DNA of 45,889 nucleotides from the UHGV virus genome UHGV-1375786; one strand, 5' to 3'. The position numbers and the translations under genes were made by a program. The stretch comes from a virus. Below are positions 1-8,648 of this stretch, piece by piece; the stretch's first letter is position 1; the number at the start of each line of letters is the position of its first letter. The notes under the pieces are model-generated. The model made no database searches. It was not told the DNA's origin and was given only the letters and a program-made list of their open reading frames with translations.

Positions 1-870
1 AGAGTTTTCAATGGCAAGCACCAGCCATGCCCGTCATGCTCAGGAAAAGACAGATATCGCTTTGATGACAACTTCGAAAAAAAAGGCGATGGCGGCGCAA
101 TCTGCAATCAGTGCGGTTCCGGCAGCGGCATGAACTGGCTGATGAAACTTTCAGGCATGAACTTCCCTGAAGCACTGGAGGCGCTGGGTGGATTCCTGAA
201 TATGAATCCACGCGAAAAACTGGAGGCAATCAGGAAGGAACTGCCGAAGATAAATCACAATGACGACTTCATTACCGAGCAGGAAGTCGCCGCAATCATG
301 TCTAAAACGACGCGTGTCGCGATGAATGAGTGGACTTTGATAAATGGTATTGGTTGCGACGTTAACGTCGTCAAAGGCAAATCTGGAGAGCTTATTGCTG
401 TTGAGATGGTGCGTGCTGACACAATGAAGCCTTGCAACGTAGCATTCATTGGCATGGATGGTGATGCATTCAGAACGTTTTTCCGCGCAGGATACAACAA
501 GGACTCAGCAATCAACGGCAAACTCACACGCGGCGCGATAAGCCCAATCGGTGAAGACAACGGAAAGTTCATTTATCTGGTATCTGATTATGCAGACGCA
601 TGGGGATGCCATTACTTCACTGGCGCGCATGTCTGGTGCTGCTGGTCGCCGGAAAACATGTGGGAAGTGGTGCGTTCTGTTAGCGATGAAACGAAGGAGA
701 GATTGCGATGCATAGTTAATTATAAATTTGACGAACTTTGTGCTGCGGAAAATGCAGGACTTCCGGTGATGCTGCCTGATGATGCGGACACAATAAGAAT
801 GGCGAAGCGAATAAGGAGAAAGATTTATGACGCTGGCGAGTTGATAGAAAAAATGTCAGTCAGCAGATAA
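1..870 (+). CDS. DNA primase, C-terminal portion (zinc-ribbon CxxC..CxxC followed by TOPRIM-like region). It is 5' partial because the ORF enters from upstream of the window
   Basis: The frame is open from nt 1. The motif CPSCSGKDRYRFDD...CNQCGSG is a primase zinc-binding ribbon, and an acidic DGD-containing core follows. A stem-loop terminator follows the stop. Confidence 0.7.
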   Translation, partial: RVFNGKHQPCPSCSGKDRYRFDDNFEKKGDGGAICNQCGSGSGMNWLMKLSGMNFPEALEALGGFLNMNPREKLEAIRKELPKINHNDDFITEQEVAAIMSKTTRVAMNEWTLINGIGCDVNVVKGKSGELIAVEMVRADTMKPCNVAFIGMDGDAFRTFFRAGYNKDSAINGKLTRGAISPIGEDNGKFIYLVSDYADAWGCHYFTGAHVWCCWSPENMWEVVRSVSDETKERLRCIVNYKFDELCAAENAGLPVMLPDDADTIRMAKRIRRKIYDAGELIEKMSVSR

Positions 871-873
871 AAG

Positions 874-898
874 AAACCCTCCATCTGGAGGGTTTTTG
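874..898. terminator. Bidirectional rho-independent terminator (CCCTCCAtcTGGAGGG + T-run)
   Basis: A perfect GC-rich hairpin followed by TTTTTGTT. It sits between convergent genes. Confidence 0.7.
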
Positions 899-1180
899 TT
901 ATGCTTTGATGTTAACTTTTATTGCGAACACCTTTACCGGTTTATCGCCGAAGTGTGGGTGTGTGATTGTCTTGATTTCATATCCGTCATACGAAACATC
1001 AATTCTGCGACTGGAATCGTCTCGTTTCGGATATCCCTTTGTGATAATCAGGCGGTCATATTCCCTGAACATGATTCGTTTATTCCAGTAGTCATTACAC
1101 AGGCGGTACTCTTCCGTTTTCTCTCCGCGAATCATGGCATCGAAGTATTCGACTTTGACGGCAAGTTGCAAGTTAGCCAT
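899..1180 (-). CDS. ASCH-domain-like protein (about 93 aa)
   Basis: GGAGGA RBS sits 6 nt upstream of the ATG at 1180, and TGATG stop/start overlap links it to the upstream gene. The VKVEYFDAMIRGEKTEEYR...ITKGYP pattern resembles the ASCH fold. Confidence 0.5.
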   Translation of the reverse strand: MANLQLAVKVEYFDAMIRGEKTEEYRLCNDYWNKRIMFREYDRLIITKGYPKRDDSSRRIDVSYDGYEIKTITHPHFGDKPVKVFAIKVNIKA

Positions 1181-1437
1181 CAGTTTTCCTCCAGAACCCA
1201 AACCGAATTACCAATGCGACTGTTATTTAAATCCTTTGATACAAGGCCATCCTTACAAAGAGAAATCAAAACCTTCCGTAACTTTGCTGCCGTCCATTCA
1301 TCATCAGGAAATTCATTCACCATCGATAGACGGAGATTCCACGTAGCCACGGAGAACTTGCGACAAATCCCAAGTGTCTCCTCCTCAATGGATTTTCTCT
1401 TTCTCATCACGTATAAAACTTTATCTTTCACATCCAT
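1180..1437 (-). CDS. hypothetical protein (85 aa)
   Basis: ORF with an AGGA RBS, translationally coupled to flanking genes. Confidence 0.5.
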   Translation of the reverse strand: MDVKDKVLYVMRKRKSIEEETLGICRKFSVATWNLRLSMVNEFPDDEWTAAKLRKVLISLCKDGLVSKDLNNSRIGNSVWVLEEN

Positions 1438-1447
1438 TTTCTTGTCC

Positions 1448-1639
1448 TCACTTAATCATCAATTTTGAAATATCAACATAACCAACACAAAATCTGTGCC
1501 AGTAATCATCAAGCACGTGGTAATTAGAGCGAATCCATACTTTGTTAATTCTGCTCCAGAAAAACCACGTCGAATAACCATGCGGCCTGAAATGCCATGA
1601 ACCTTCTGAGCGGCAAAGTTCGCCTGATATTGTTCTCAT
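1448..1639 (-). CDS. hypothetical small protein (about 63 aa; start chosen at the ATGA overlap with the upstream gene)
   Basis: ATGA overlap with the stop of the 543-aa ORF. A longer alternative start at 1723 would overlap by 88 nt. Confidence 0.4.
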   Translation of the reverse strand: MRTISGELCRSEGSWHFRPHGYSTWFFWSRINKVWIRSNYHVLDDYWHRFCVGYVDISKLMIK

Positions 1640-3267
1640 TTTAAGTTCCTCATAAATCTCATTCTCTTCATTGCTGATGACAGGATATTCCTGACTGATG
1701 AGTTCATTCGCAAACCAGACCATGAGCCGCCACCAGAAAGCCTGATATTGGATGGATTTTCAGGGTCCAACTCTATTGGTGAATGCCTGTTTTCAGATAT
1801 CGCAATGATGACCTCGTAAGTAAATTTATCCGGCGTAACCTGAATTGAGTTCGAATCGGCAGCGGAAATTATTTTGCTGATTCTGTCGCGACAAAGTTTG
1901 TTTTTGACAACTGAAATATAAGGCTTTTCAGTAAAAGCCTTTGATTCAATGCATTTTTTAACCTTCATAACAATGTTGTCCCACTCAGTGTTTTCAAGGC
2001 CATCAAACTCTGCTTCTCCCTCCAGATAATCACGCAGGTCGTACATGCTGTTCATTACGGTTGCATACGCCCATTCAATATGGCATTCCTTTATCTGCGG
2101 AGTCATGCCATTGCGCGATGATAAATCAGCAAATGCACAAAGAGTCGCAAGCTCTATAACCATCTGAGCAGAGCGAGGGCCGACGCTACCAATTACACCG
2201 GGAATATTGCTTGACTTGTCTATGCGCCTGCGCAACATCTCATAGTATTTCGAAACACCATCATTGGCATATTCCACATTAAAAAAACCACCTGGGATTC
2301 TGGGTTTCCATTCGTTTATTATTGTTTTATTAATTTCCATGTCCGGCGTATTCTTAAGTTCCGGCATGTGCTCATGACCTTTAATGAAAAGAGATCTGCC
2401 CATGCCACCATCCTTTTCCCATCTCCGTACTGTTGCAATGCCCTGCTCTGGGGTAACGGTTATGAACGGAATGAACCTTACGTTCTGTATTCCCTTATCG
2501 TTAATGCACAGGTCATAACATTGCATGGCGTGATTTAATCTTCTCCCAATGTCATGATTCATTTTTGCAAGACGACGATAATCTATGGCGCCATCTGATT
2601 CACCGATGCGAGGTATCATCCACCCCTGAGCCTGCGCAGCAGAGAGTATTAACTTCGGGTTTTGAGCACTAGCCAGCTTCTCCTGAAACAATGTAACAAC
2701 AGGTGACTCAGGAAACCAGTCACCACTAATGGACGTCCTGAACCATGAGGCTGTTTCACCAAGCGGAGAGCGCGTATCTGACCAAGCCTGAAGATGTTCA
2801 GGGCAGTCATCTGCTATATAAAGCAAGAAACCATCAGCCTCAATGAGACGCTCTTTAATTTGTCGCAATGATGTTACGGTGCTTTTTGATACGCGCGGAG
2901 TGATTCCGAGATTCTCTGAGTAAGCCTTAACAAAATCAGATGGAGCACCCTTACCTGCGCCAGAACGACCAACAATAAATGTCCCAGTGGCACACTTGTT
3001 TTTTGCGCTTGGGCCAATTATGTATCTACCAGCCATCACCTGAGCAAGCGCGATAGCACCAGGTAATCTGTACACCTCTCCTTCTTCGCGATTTTCAAAA
3101 TGATTCTCTATCTCGCACATGAATTCACCAAGAGAGCCGGGAGGTATTTTGTATCCATCACGGAATTCTGGTACGTCAATTTCATCAAGTGGATTTCCAG
3201 AATCAGGCTTACCTGTTGGCTTCAGAGATTCCTTTAGCTCAATGATTTGCTTTGAATCAGTCATCAC
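1636..3267 (-). CDS. P-loop NTPase-domain protein, 543 aa, function unknown. The Walker A GRSGAGKGA is of the adenylate/cytidylate-kinase type (GKG); LLYIADD is a candidate Walker B
   Basis: Long ORF in an operon with ATGA overlaps on both sides. The glycine-rich P-loop is seen directly. No confident family assignment. Confidence 0.7.
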   Translation of the reverse strand: MMTDSKQIIELKESLKPTGKPDSGNPLDEIDVPEFRDGYKIPPGSLGEFMCEIENHFENREEGEVYRLPGAIALAQVMAGRYIIGPSAKNKCATGTFIVGRSGAGKGAPSDFVKAYSENLGITPRVSKSTVTSLRQIKERLIEADGFLLYIADDCPEHLQAWSDTRSPLGETASWFRTSISGDWFPESPVVTLFQEKLASAQNPKLILSAAQAQGWMIPRIGESDGAIDYRRLAKMNHDIGRRLNHAMQCYDLCINDKGIQNVRFIPFITVTPEQGIATVRRWEKDGGMGRSLFIKGHEHMPELKNTPDMEINKTIINEWKPRIPGGFFNVEYANDGVSKYYEMLRRRIDKSSNIPGVIGSVGPRSAQMVIELATLCAFADLSSRNGMTPQIKECHIEWAYATVMNSMYDLRDYLEGEAEFDGLENTEWDNIVMKVKKCIESKAFTEKPYISVVKNKLCRDRISKIISAADSNSIQVTPDKFTYEVIIAISENRHSPIELDPENPSNIRLSGGGSWSGLRMNSSVRNILSSAMKRMRFMRNLK

Positions 3268-3542
3268 AGGACTCTCCAGATATACATGAATTTTTTGCTT
3301 CCACTGGTTTTTGTTTTGATGACCATTCCTTGTTCATTGGCTATTCTGGTGCAATAAGACCTGAACATGTTGTGCGTCATGCGGTACTTTTCATCGATCA
3401 CTACAGAACAGCAATTCTCCTTTTCTCCTTTTATGATTTCGCTTGAGTATTCATTCTCGAAGTGAATACCAACCAGTTCGCCAGATTTCATTGAAGATAA
3501 CAGCTCGTATGCAAACATTAATTTAGTGCCATCTGGGTACAT
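3264..3542 (-). CDS. hypothetical protein (92 aa), first gene of the leftward cassette
   Basis: Strong RBS AAGGAGGG 4 nt upstream of the ATG. Stop overlaps the next start (ATGA). Confidence 0.55.
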   Translation of the reverse strand: MYPDGTKLMFAYELLSSMKSGELVGIHFENEYSSEIIKGEKENCCSVVIDEKYRMTHNMFRSYCTRIANEQGMVIKTKTSGSKKFMYIWRVL

Positions 3543-3637
3543 TCAGCCCTCCTTTTGTTATGTAAAAAATATACATGAATATTATGTACACGTCAACGAC
3601 AGCAAGATGACGTTCTTACTTACACATCTTTACAGTA

Positions 3638-4020
3638 TTTACCGGAGTTACCGGGTTTTTATCGGGAAGTTACCGACGCAAGTTATTGATAACTATAGAG
3701 TTACCGGAGTTACCGGATTTTTTGCATATGAGAACAGAAAAATTTTAAAAATGAGAATTTGTATCAAAATTGAATAAAATGCTTATAAATCATATATATA
3801 ATAAGAAATTAAACCCTTTTTATATATGTAAGGAGTTACCAGGTAAATCCGGTAACTCGTCTGAGAGCCTTGCTACATGCGGGTTTCAAGTTACCGGACG
3901 ACCGGTAACTCCGGTAACTTTTTAATGGTGAAAACGACATAAAAGCAACGTAAGTAATTGATTTATAATAGTTACCGGTTTTTGCACATTGAGTTACCGG
4001 ATTTTTCGAGATTCGGTAAA
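3638..4020. repeat. Iteron array: about 12 copies of AGTTACCGG / CCGGTAACT (direct and inverted, including GTTACCGG-acga-CCGGTAAC) flanking an AT-rich core
   Basis: Copies located by eye include 3646, 3668(var), 3699, 3708, 3834(var), 3849(inv), 3889, 3902(inv), 3911(inv), 3970 and 3992. Confidence 0.8.
3721..3830. other. AT tract of about 110 bp, more than 85% AT by eye (candidate DNA unwinding element)
   Basis: Sequence such as ...ttttaaaaatgagaatttgtatcaaaattgaataaaatgcttataaatcatatatataataag..., bracketed by iterons. Confidence 0.6.
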
Positions 4021-4026
4021 TTAATA

Positions 4027-4055
4027 TTGACGTAGAATCACCACTGATGTAGATT
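4027..4055 (+). promoter_or_regulatory. Candidate sigma70 promoter TTGACG-17-TAGATT for the rightward early operon. It overlaps two inverted copies of the AATCTACRTCA box
   Basis: Hexamers and spacing read directly. The first ORF starts at 4086 with an RBS GAGGGTGA. Confidence 0.4.
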
Positions 4056-4085
4056 GGACTCATCGGAACAAACGAGGGTGAAGAT

Positions 4086-4232
4086 ATGAAAATCAAAGAT
4101 CGTGAAGAATTTGAAGATGCACAGGCCATGGCGCGCATTGCAGTTAATAGTCAGAACAACAGCATTCCTGCTGATGCATTCTGGAACGCTGCAATGCAGG
4201 CTTTAGCTTCAGCGTATGGATTAAGCAAATGA
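4086..4232 (+). CDS. hypothetical small protein (48 aa)
   Basis: RBS GAGGGTG. ATGA overlap with the next ORF. Confidence 0.5.
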   Translation: MKIKDREEFEDAQAMARIAVNSQNNSIPADAFWNAAMQALASAYGLSK

Positions 4233-4324
4233 CAGGCGCAACATTCGAGATTATCGCCAGTCTGGTTATCGCGGCATTCATCATTATCGCAGTGGCAGTT
4301 TCAAAATCAGGGTATAAGGAGTAA
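4229..4324 (+). CDS. hypothetical small hydrophobic protein (31 aa, one TM helix)
   Basis: ATGA coupling. The peptide is hydrophobic: IIASLVIAAFIIIAVAV. Confidence 0.35.
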   Translation: MTGATFEIIASLVIAAFIIIAVAVSKSGYKE

Positions 4325-4328
4325 CAAA

Positions 4329-4409
4329 ATGAGCAACTGGCATAACGAACACATCATGCAGTGGTATCGTCGTCGCATTAAAGCAATCATTAACTCTTGC
4401 GAGGCTTAA
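4329..4409 (+). CDS. hypothetical micro-protein (26 aa)
   Basis: RBS AAGGAG 8 nt upstream. Tight gene packing. Confidence 0.3.
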   Translation: MSNWHNEHIMQWYRRRIKAIINSCEA

Positions 4410-4412
4410 CAA

Positions 4413-4595
4413 ATGGCAAAGACAATCTATCGTCGCGAGAAGCTGGAACAGGAACTCGGTCACGTTGGCGCGCAGAACTTTATGAGCAAGCAAGCACGCA
4501 ATGCGATGGAATCTGTGCGCGTAAATCGCGTTGTGCGAGTGTTTAATGGCGAAGGTAAGCGAAGAGTAATGGATGAGCTTATTGTTGTGTTTTGA
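4413..4595 (+). CDS. hypothetical protein (60 aa)
   Basis: ORF in the packed early operon. Confidence 0.45.
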   Translation: MAKTIYRREKLEQELGHVGAQNFMSKQARNAMESVRVNRVVRVFNGEGKRRVMDELIVVF

Positions 4596-4631
4596 ACACG
4601 ATTCAGCACGTTTATTTTGACTGGTGATGAT

Positions 4632-4865
4632 ATGGCAAAAGTAAAAACATATGAGTTCTGGTTTGTGCAAAACAAAATGTACGCATCCAGAACAATCAAG
4701 CGAGCATGCTGGTGGAATAAGTGGCTATTGTTGTCAGGATGTCTGGTGCTGGCAAAGTGCAAATTCAAAGCGGTTGACATCACTGATGAAGATGCACTGA
4801 AAATCGCCAAGATTGAGTTTGAAGAAGATGGTTATTACGAAGAAATTATGGGGATTAGGGTATGA
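4632..4865 (+). CDS. hypothetical protein (about 77 aa; start at MAKVKTYEF)
   Basis: GGTGA RBS before the internal ATG. The stop overlaps the next start. Confidence 0.45.
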   Translation: MAKVKTYEFWFVQNKMYASRTIKRACWWNKWLLLSGCLVLAKCKFKAVDITDEDALKIAKIEFEEDGYYEEIMGIRV

Positions 4866-5389
4866 GTGAAGTGAATATATATACATTGGTTATGGGCGAA
4901 AAAGAGATTCTTGGTTTTAAGCATGGAGAAGAGCAGAGGCTCGGGCAGTTCGTTAAATACAAGTACTATGCAGCGCTCGAAACTAAATGCGCGGCGCTGG
5001 CGGCGGAATTGAAGCAAAGCAGGATTGACGCCGACTGCTACAAGAAGGGCATGGAGGCGTCAAATGCTCGACTGGTGCAACTGGCTGCGGAGAATGCAGC
5101 GCTGAAGTCTGGCGCTATGGACGAAATCAAGGTTATCAACCGTGGAGGGCAGGCATATTGCGTAAAAGATGGAGTGCAAGTTAATCCCATGTATGCAAGA
5201 GGGTGGAATGACTATCGCGCAAAGTCTCTGCAATCAGACACCCCAGCCACCGATGCTTTCATGGCTGAAGTCCTGGCGCAGGGCGTGGAGATGTTCGGAC
5301 AGTACCATAACTTCAGCGAAAAGCTATTCATTCAGAAAGAGGCGCAGAAATTCGCCGCGCAGCTTCGCAAAGGAGTTGATAAAAAATGA
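4862..5389 (+). CDS. hypothetical protein (175 aa)
   Basis: Long ORF with ATGA overlaps on both sides. Confidence 0.6.
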   Translation: MSEVNIYTLVMGEKEILGFKHGEEQRLGQFVKYKYYAALETKCAALAAELKQSRIDADCYKKGMEASNARLVQLAAENAALKSGAMDEIKVINRGGQAYCVKDGVQVNPMYARGWNDYRAKSLQSDTPATDAFMAEVLAQGVEMFGQYHNFSEKLFIQKEAQKFAAQLRKGVDKK

Positions 5390-5688
5390 CAATCACAAAA
5401 CAACGAGTAGAAGAAATAATATCGCGCATTGAAATGTATGGTCATGGCGCCGGGTATACCGCTGAAGAGGTTTATGACCTTGCGGTGCTGGCATTGAATT
5501 TATCAAATATCGCAAAACTCAAGCGATACGAGCTTGATACTGGTGGTTGCGACACGTTCAGTCCGAACTGCTGTGCTGACATTACTGAAGACCATGAAGG
5601 AGAATTTGTCATGTTTGACGATGTTGTCAGTCTGGTTCAGTTTGACACAACCGCTCAGCAATTCGAAAGCCTGGCTAAAAGTGAATAA
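5386..5688 (+). CDS. hypothetical protein (100 aa)
   Basis: ATGA overlap with the upstream gene. Confidence 0.55.
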   Translation: MTITKQRVEEIISRIEMYGHGAGYTAEEVYDLAVLALNLSNIAKLKRYELDTGGCDTFSPNCCADITEDHEGEFVMFDDVVSLVQFDTTAQQFESLAKSE

Positions 5689-5751
5689 CTACCAGTTCAT
5701 ATTAATTATCAGCGCGCTCTATGTGGCGCACGCTTTAGTGGAGGAATACCT

Positions 5752-5859
5752 ATGACCAGACACCAACGCCGCCGATACACCACTGGCGCTAAAATCTTCC
5801 TTGCTGTTTATGTGCTGGCACTGGTAGCAGCTATCGCGGGAGTTGTGCATTATGTTTAA
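5752..5859 (+). CDS. hypothetical small membrane protein (35 aa)
   Basis: Strong RBS GGAGGAATACCT before the ATG. TM-like segment IFLAVYVLALVAAIAGVV. Confidence 0.45.
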   Translation: MTRHQRRRYTTGAKIFLAVYVLALVAAIAGVVHYV

Positions 5860-6172
5860 TCAATTAGCTGATTTCTATAAAGCGTACTCAGACTGGATTG
5901 ATTCCGGAGCGCCAGAAGGTAAGCCGTTCAGTCGTAATTGCGGTATTTGTGTTTCCTTAACATTGCATTTAAAAGAGGCTGGGTTAACACCAAAGGAAAG
6001 GGAGCAGGCAAGAAAGTTAATGCGTTCGCAATTCATTAAAGCTGGACTTAATGGTGATTACCCGTTTAACAACCGAGAACTACCATACTTAACAGAGAGC
6101 GCAAGAGGGCTGATTCACACCAACAAGAATCGCATTGCATGGGTTAAAAAGGAGTGGCAGCATTATGTTTGA
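5852..6172 (+). CDS. hypothetical protein (about 106 aa; start MFNQLADFYKAY)
   Basis: ORF. The start was chosen at an internal ATG that overlaps the previous stop. Confidence 0.5.
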   Translation: MFNQLADFYKAYSDWIDSGAPEGKPFSRNCGICVSLTLHLKEAGLTPKEREQARKLMRSQFIKAGLNGDYPFNNRELPYLTESARGLIHTNKNRIAWVKKEWQHYV

Positions 6173-6344
6173 CGATATCAGCGACGCAATGCAAAACATG
6201 TGGGAGCGATACTGGAACAGCATGAAGACGTGTCACTACATGATGGTACAGATAGGTAATTATATTGAAGTTGTTCCTGACAATGGTGTGCACGACATTA
6301 AGCACATGTGCTCAACGAGGGCTTTCGCTAATGCAAACAACTAA
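6165..6344 (+). CDS. hypothetical protein (59 aa; start MFDDISDAM)
   Basis: RBS AAGGAG. ATGA overlap. Confidence 0.45.
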   Translation: MFDDISDAMQNMWERYWNSMKTCHYMMVQIGNYIEVVPDNGVHDIKHMCSTRAFANANN

Positions 6345-6504
6345 GCAGAAAGTCTGGCAACTCGCGAAACAACACGAACTGGACGAATTCATCGCTAAGG
6401 TTGCCAAAACATTCCCTGACGCGCTTGAAATCGTTCATGTGCAGACTCGTAATGAAAACGCATGGTGCTATGCTGGCAAGCGCGATAATCATGGTGTACA
6501 ATAA
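6331..6504 (+). CDS. hypothetical protein (57 aa; start MQTTKQKVW)
   Basis: Overlaps the upstream stop. Last gene before a terminator. Confidence 0.4.
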   Translation: MQTTKQKVWQLAKQHELDEFIAKVAKTFPDALEIVHVQTRNENAWCYAGKRDNHGVQ

Positions 6505-6548
6505 ACGTATAACCACCATTGCTTCACTCATATCATCACCCAACCTTT

Positions 6549-6576
6549 AACCCGCCTTGTGCGGGTTCTTTTTTAT
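6549..6576 (+). terminator. Rho-independent terminator (AACCCGCcttgtGCGGGTT + T7)
   Basis: Hairpin plus TTTTTTAT immediately after the early operon. Confidence 0.75.
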
Positions 6577-6621
6577 CTGTGTTAAACTAACGATATCGAA
6601 ATACGAAAAGACGAAAACAGA

Positions 6622-7068
6622 ATGGCTAATCCAAACCCTGTCATGAAATTTTCCTCTGAGTACCAGCCTGCTGGCAGAGGATTAAGCTACAGAAACAGGC
6701 TTATTGAGGCATTAAAGCGTTGTGGGCTTGGAGAAGAGGAGTTTCTTGACGCATTCATCAGGACTTCAATCAGGATGACGGAGGAAAACCCGACTCAGGG
6801 TGTGCAAATGCTGAAGGAAATATTCCTACGCATCAGCCCTGTGCAAAAGAGTATGGCACCTCCGGTTAATTTTAAATACCGCAAAGATGCTACTCCAGTT
6901 GAGCAGATAGAGGACGTCATTCAATCTGTTTCCAGTGGTGAGCTTCCAATCGATGTGGCGTCGCAGGTTGTGTCTATGATTAAGGTTGGCCTTGACGTGA
7001 AAGAATTAACCGAACTCGCTGCACGCCTTGAGCGACTGGAGAAATTACTGGAGCAGCAGAATGGGTGA
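6622..7068 (+). CDS. terminase small subunit (putative)
   Basis: 148 aa, directly upstream of the large terminase. C-terminal coiled coil LTELAARLERLEKLLEQQ. Confidence 0.55.
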   Translation: MANPNPVMKFSSEYQPAGRGLSYRNRLIEALKRCGLGEEEFLDAFIRTSIRMTEENPTQGVQMLKEIFLRISPVQKSMAPPVNFKYRKDATPVEQIEDVIQSVSSGELPIDVASQVVSMIKVGLDVKELTELAARLERLEKLLEQQNG

Positions 7069-7204
7069 TTCAGTTTATTATAAACAAAGATGTGATGAAG
7101 TGATTCTTCTGCGCAGCGGAGATGAGCAAGGTGTTGTGTTTGATGGGCCAATGAGTGATGAGGAGGTGGTGGCCATCCTTCAGGAGCTAACCAATGGCTC
7201 GTAA
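7061..7204 (+). CDS. hypothetical small protein (47 aa) bridging terminase small and large genes
   Basis: The ATG overlaps the TerS stop, and the stop overlaps the TerL start in the +1 frame. Confidence 0.3.
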   Translation: MGDSVYYKQRCDEVILLRSGDEQGVVFDGPMSDEEVVAILQELTNGS

Positions 7205-8618
7205 ACGTCTCTCCGCACTGGCAATAGAAAAGCTGGAAGCGCAGATTGATGACGCGATGACTGATGTTGCAGAGTCTGCCATCTTTGGTATCTGCGACAT
7301 GCAGAAAAACGTCATCAAGCGGTTAAGGATGACTGCTACTGGTGTTGATGACGTGACCAATGCAACCACTCATGCTGACCACCTGATTCCGGCAAAACTG
7401 GAGCGCCTGCTTTATCCGAAGCGTTTTAAGTTTGTCTACGGTGGCCGCGGGTCAGGGAAGACGAGAACGATTATCACTATCCTTACTGAGAGAGCAAGGT
7501 TTCGCCCTGACCGCTTTGCCTGTTTTCGTGAGATTCAGCAATCCATTGAGGATTCAAGCTATCAGGAATTGTGCGACGAAATAGCGCGCAAGGGTGAATC
7601 GTCAGAGTTTCGCGTTATCAATAACGAGATAACGCACAAGAAGACCAAAGCGAAGTTTCGCTTCAAGGGGCTGTATCGCAATCAGACAACCGTCAAGGGG
7701 TTTGCTGGCATTACCGTTGGCTGGGTTGAGGAGGCGGAGAACGTCAGCCAGACAAGCTGGGATATTCTTGTGCCTACCATCCGTGCTGCCAATTCTGAAT
7801 TGTGGTGCTCATTCAACCCCAACAAGGAGACTGACCCTACATGGAAAAACTGGATTGCTCCTTACCGCTCACAAATGGTTGATGGCATATTTGAAAATGA
7901 TGAAATTCTGATTATCGAATGTAACTATTCCGACAACCCGTGGTTCTGGGATACACCACTGCCATCCGCTATGGAGCAAATGAAGCGCGTCGATTTCGAC
8001 CGCTATATGTGGATATGGGAAGGCAAATTTAACAAACGCAGCGACGAGCAGGTCTTCGGCGGCAAATGGCGCATTGATAACTTTGAGGTCAAACCTGAAT
8101 GGCATGGCCCATATTTCGGCATGGACTTCGGGTTTTCCACGGATCCTACCGCAATGGTTGAGGTTTACATCGAAGAACTTCCCGGCGGGCGTCGCAACAT
8201 TTATATTAATCGCGAGTACGGCAAGGTGGGGCTTGAAATTACTGACACGCCAGCTGCGATGGAGCAATCATTTCCGATGGCTAAGCGCGCACGATGGTAT
8301 GCCGACTGTGCTCGTCCCGAAACCATCAGCCACATCAAGCGTTCTGGATTCGATATCCACCCGTGCACTAAATGGCCCGGTAGTGTCGAGGATGGCGTGA
8401 CGTGGCTGCGCGGCTGCGACAGCATCATCATCCATGAGCGATGCAGGGAAATGCAGAATGAAGCTGCAATGTACAGCTACAAGGTTGATAAGCTGACCGG
8501 AAACGTTCTGACTGATATTGTCGATGCATTCAACCACTACTGGGATGCGGTTCGTTACGCACTCAATGACCACATCGTCCAGCGCGGTAGCGGAATGCTA
8601 ATCCGGCGCAGGCGATAA
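7194..8618 (+). CDS. terminase large subunit
   Basis: Walker A VYGGRGSGKTRT. 474 aa, with an ATPase N-domain and a nuclease-like C-domain pattern (WVEEAENV..., acidic residues). Confidence 0.9.
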   Translation: MARKRLSALAIEKLEAQIDDAMTDVAESAIFGICDMQKNVIKRLRMTATGVDDVTNATTHADHLIPAKLERLLYPKRFKFVYGGRGSGKTRTIITILTERARFRPDRFACFREIQQSIEDSSYQELCDEIARKGESSEFRVINNEITHKKTKAKFRFKGLYRNQTTVKGFAGITVGWVEEAENVSQTSWDILVPTIRAANSELWCSFNPNKETDPTWKNWIAPYRSQMVDGIFENDEILIIECNYSDNPWFWDTPLPSAMEQMKRVDFDRYMWIWEGKFNKRSDEQVFGGKWRIDNFEVKPEWHGPYFGMDFGFSTDPTAMVEVYIEELPGGRRNIYINREYGKVGLEITDTPAAMEQSFPMAKRARWYADCARPETISHIKRSGFDIHPCTKWPGSVEDGVTWLRGCDSIIIHERCREMQNEAAMYSYKVDKLTGNVLTDIVDAFNHYWDAVRYALNDHIVQRGSGMLIRRRR

Positions 8619-8619
8619 A

Positions 8620-8648
8620 AATAAATCCCTCAATTGAGGGCTTGTGGT
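8620..8648. terminator. Palindromic terminator CCCTCAATTGAGGG, with the stronger T-run on the minus strand
   Basis: Perfect 14-bp palindrome at the end of the convergent gene pair. Confidence 0.5.

Noticed and set aside
255-572. 105-aa minus-strand ORF inside the primase gene
   Set aside because: Fully antisense to a well-supported coding region, no RBS and a low-complexity translation. Regarded as spurious.
896-1468. 190-aa plus-strand ORF (and 906-1091, 1134-1346) overlapping the leftward genes
   Set aside because: These are antisense shadows of the coupled minus-strand operon. The minus-strand genes have strong RBSs and stop-start overlaps, and the plus-strand frames do not.
3638-4020. 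Possible CRISPR array because of the many short repeats
   Set aside because: The repeats are only 9 bp, occur in both orientations with irregular spacing and degenerate copies, and lack uniform spacers. They fit iterons or operators, not CRISPR.
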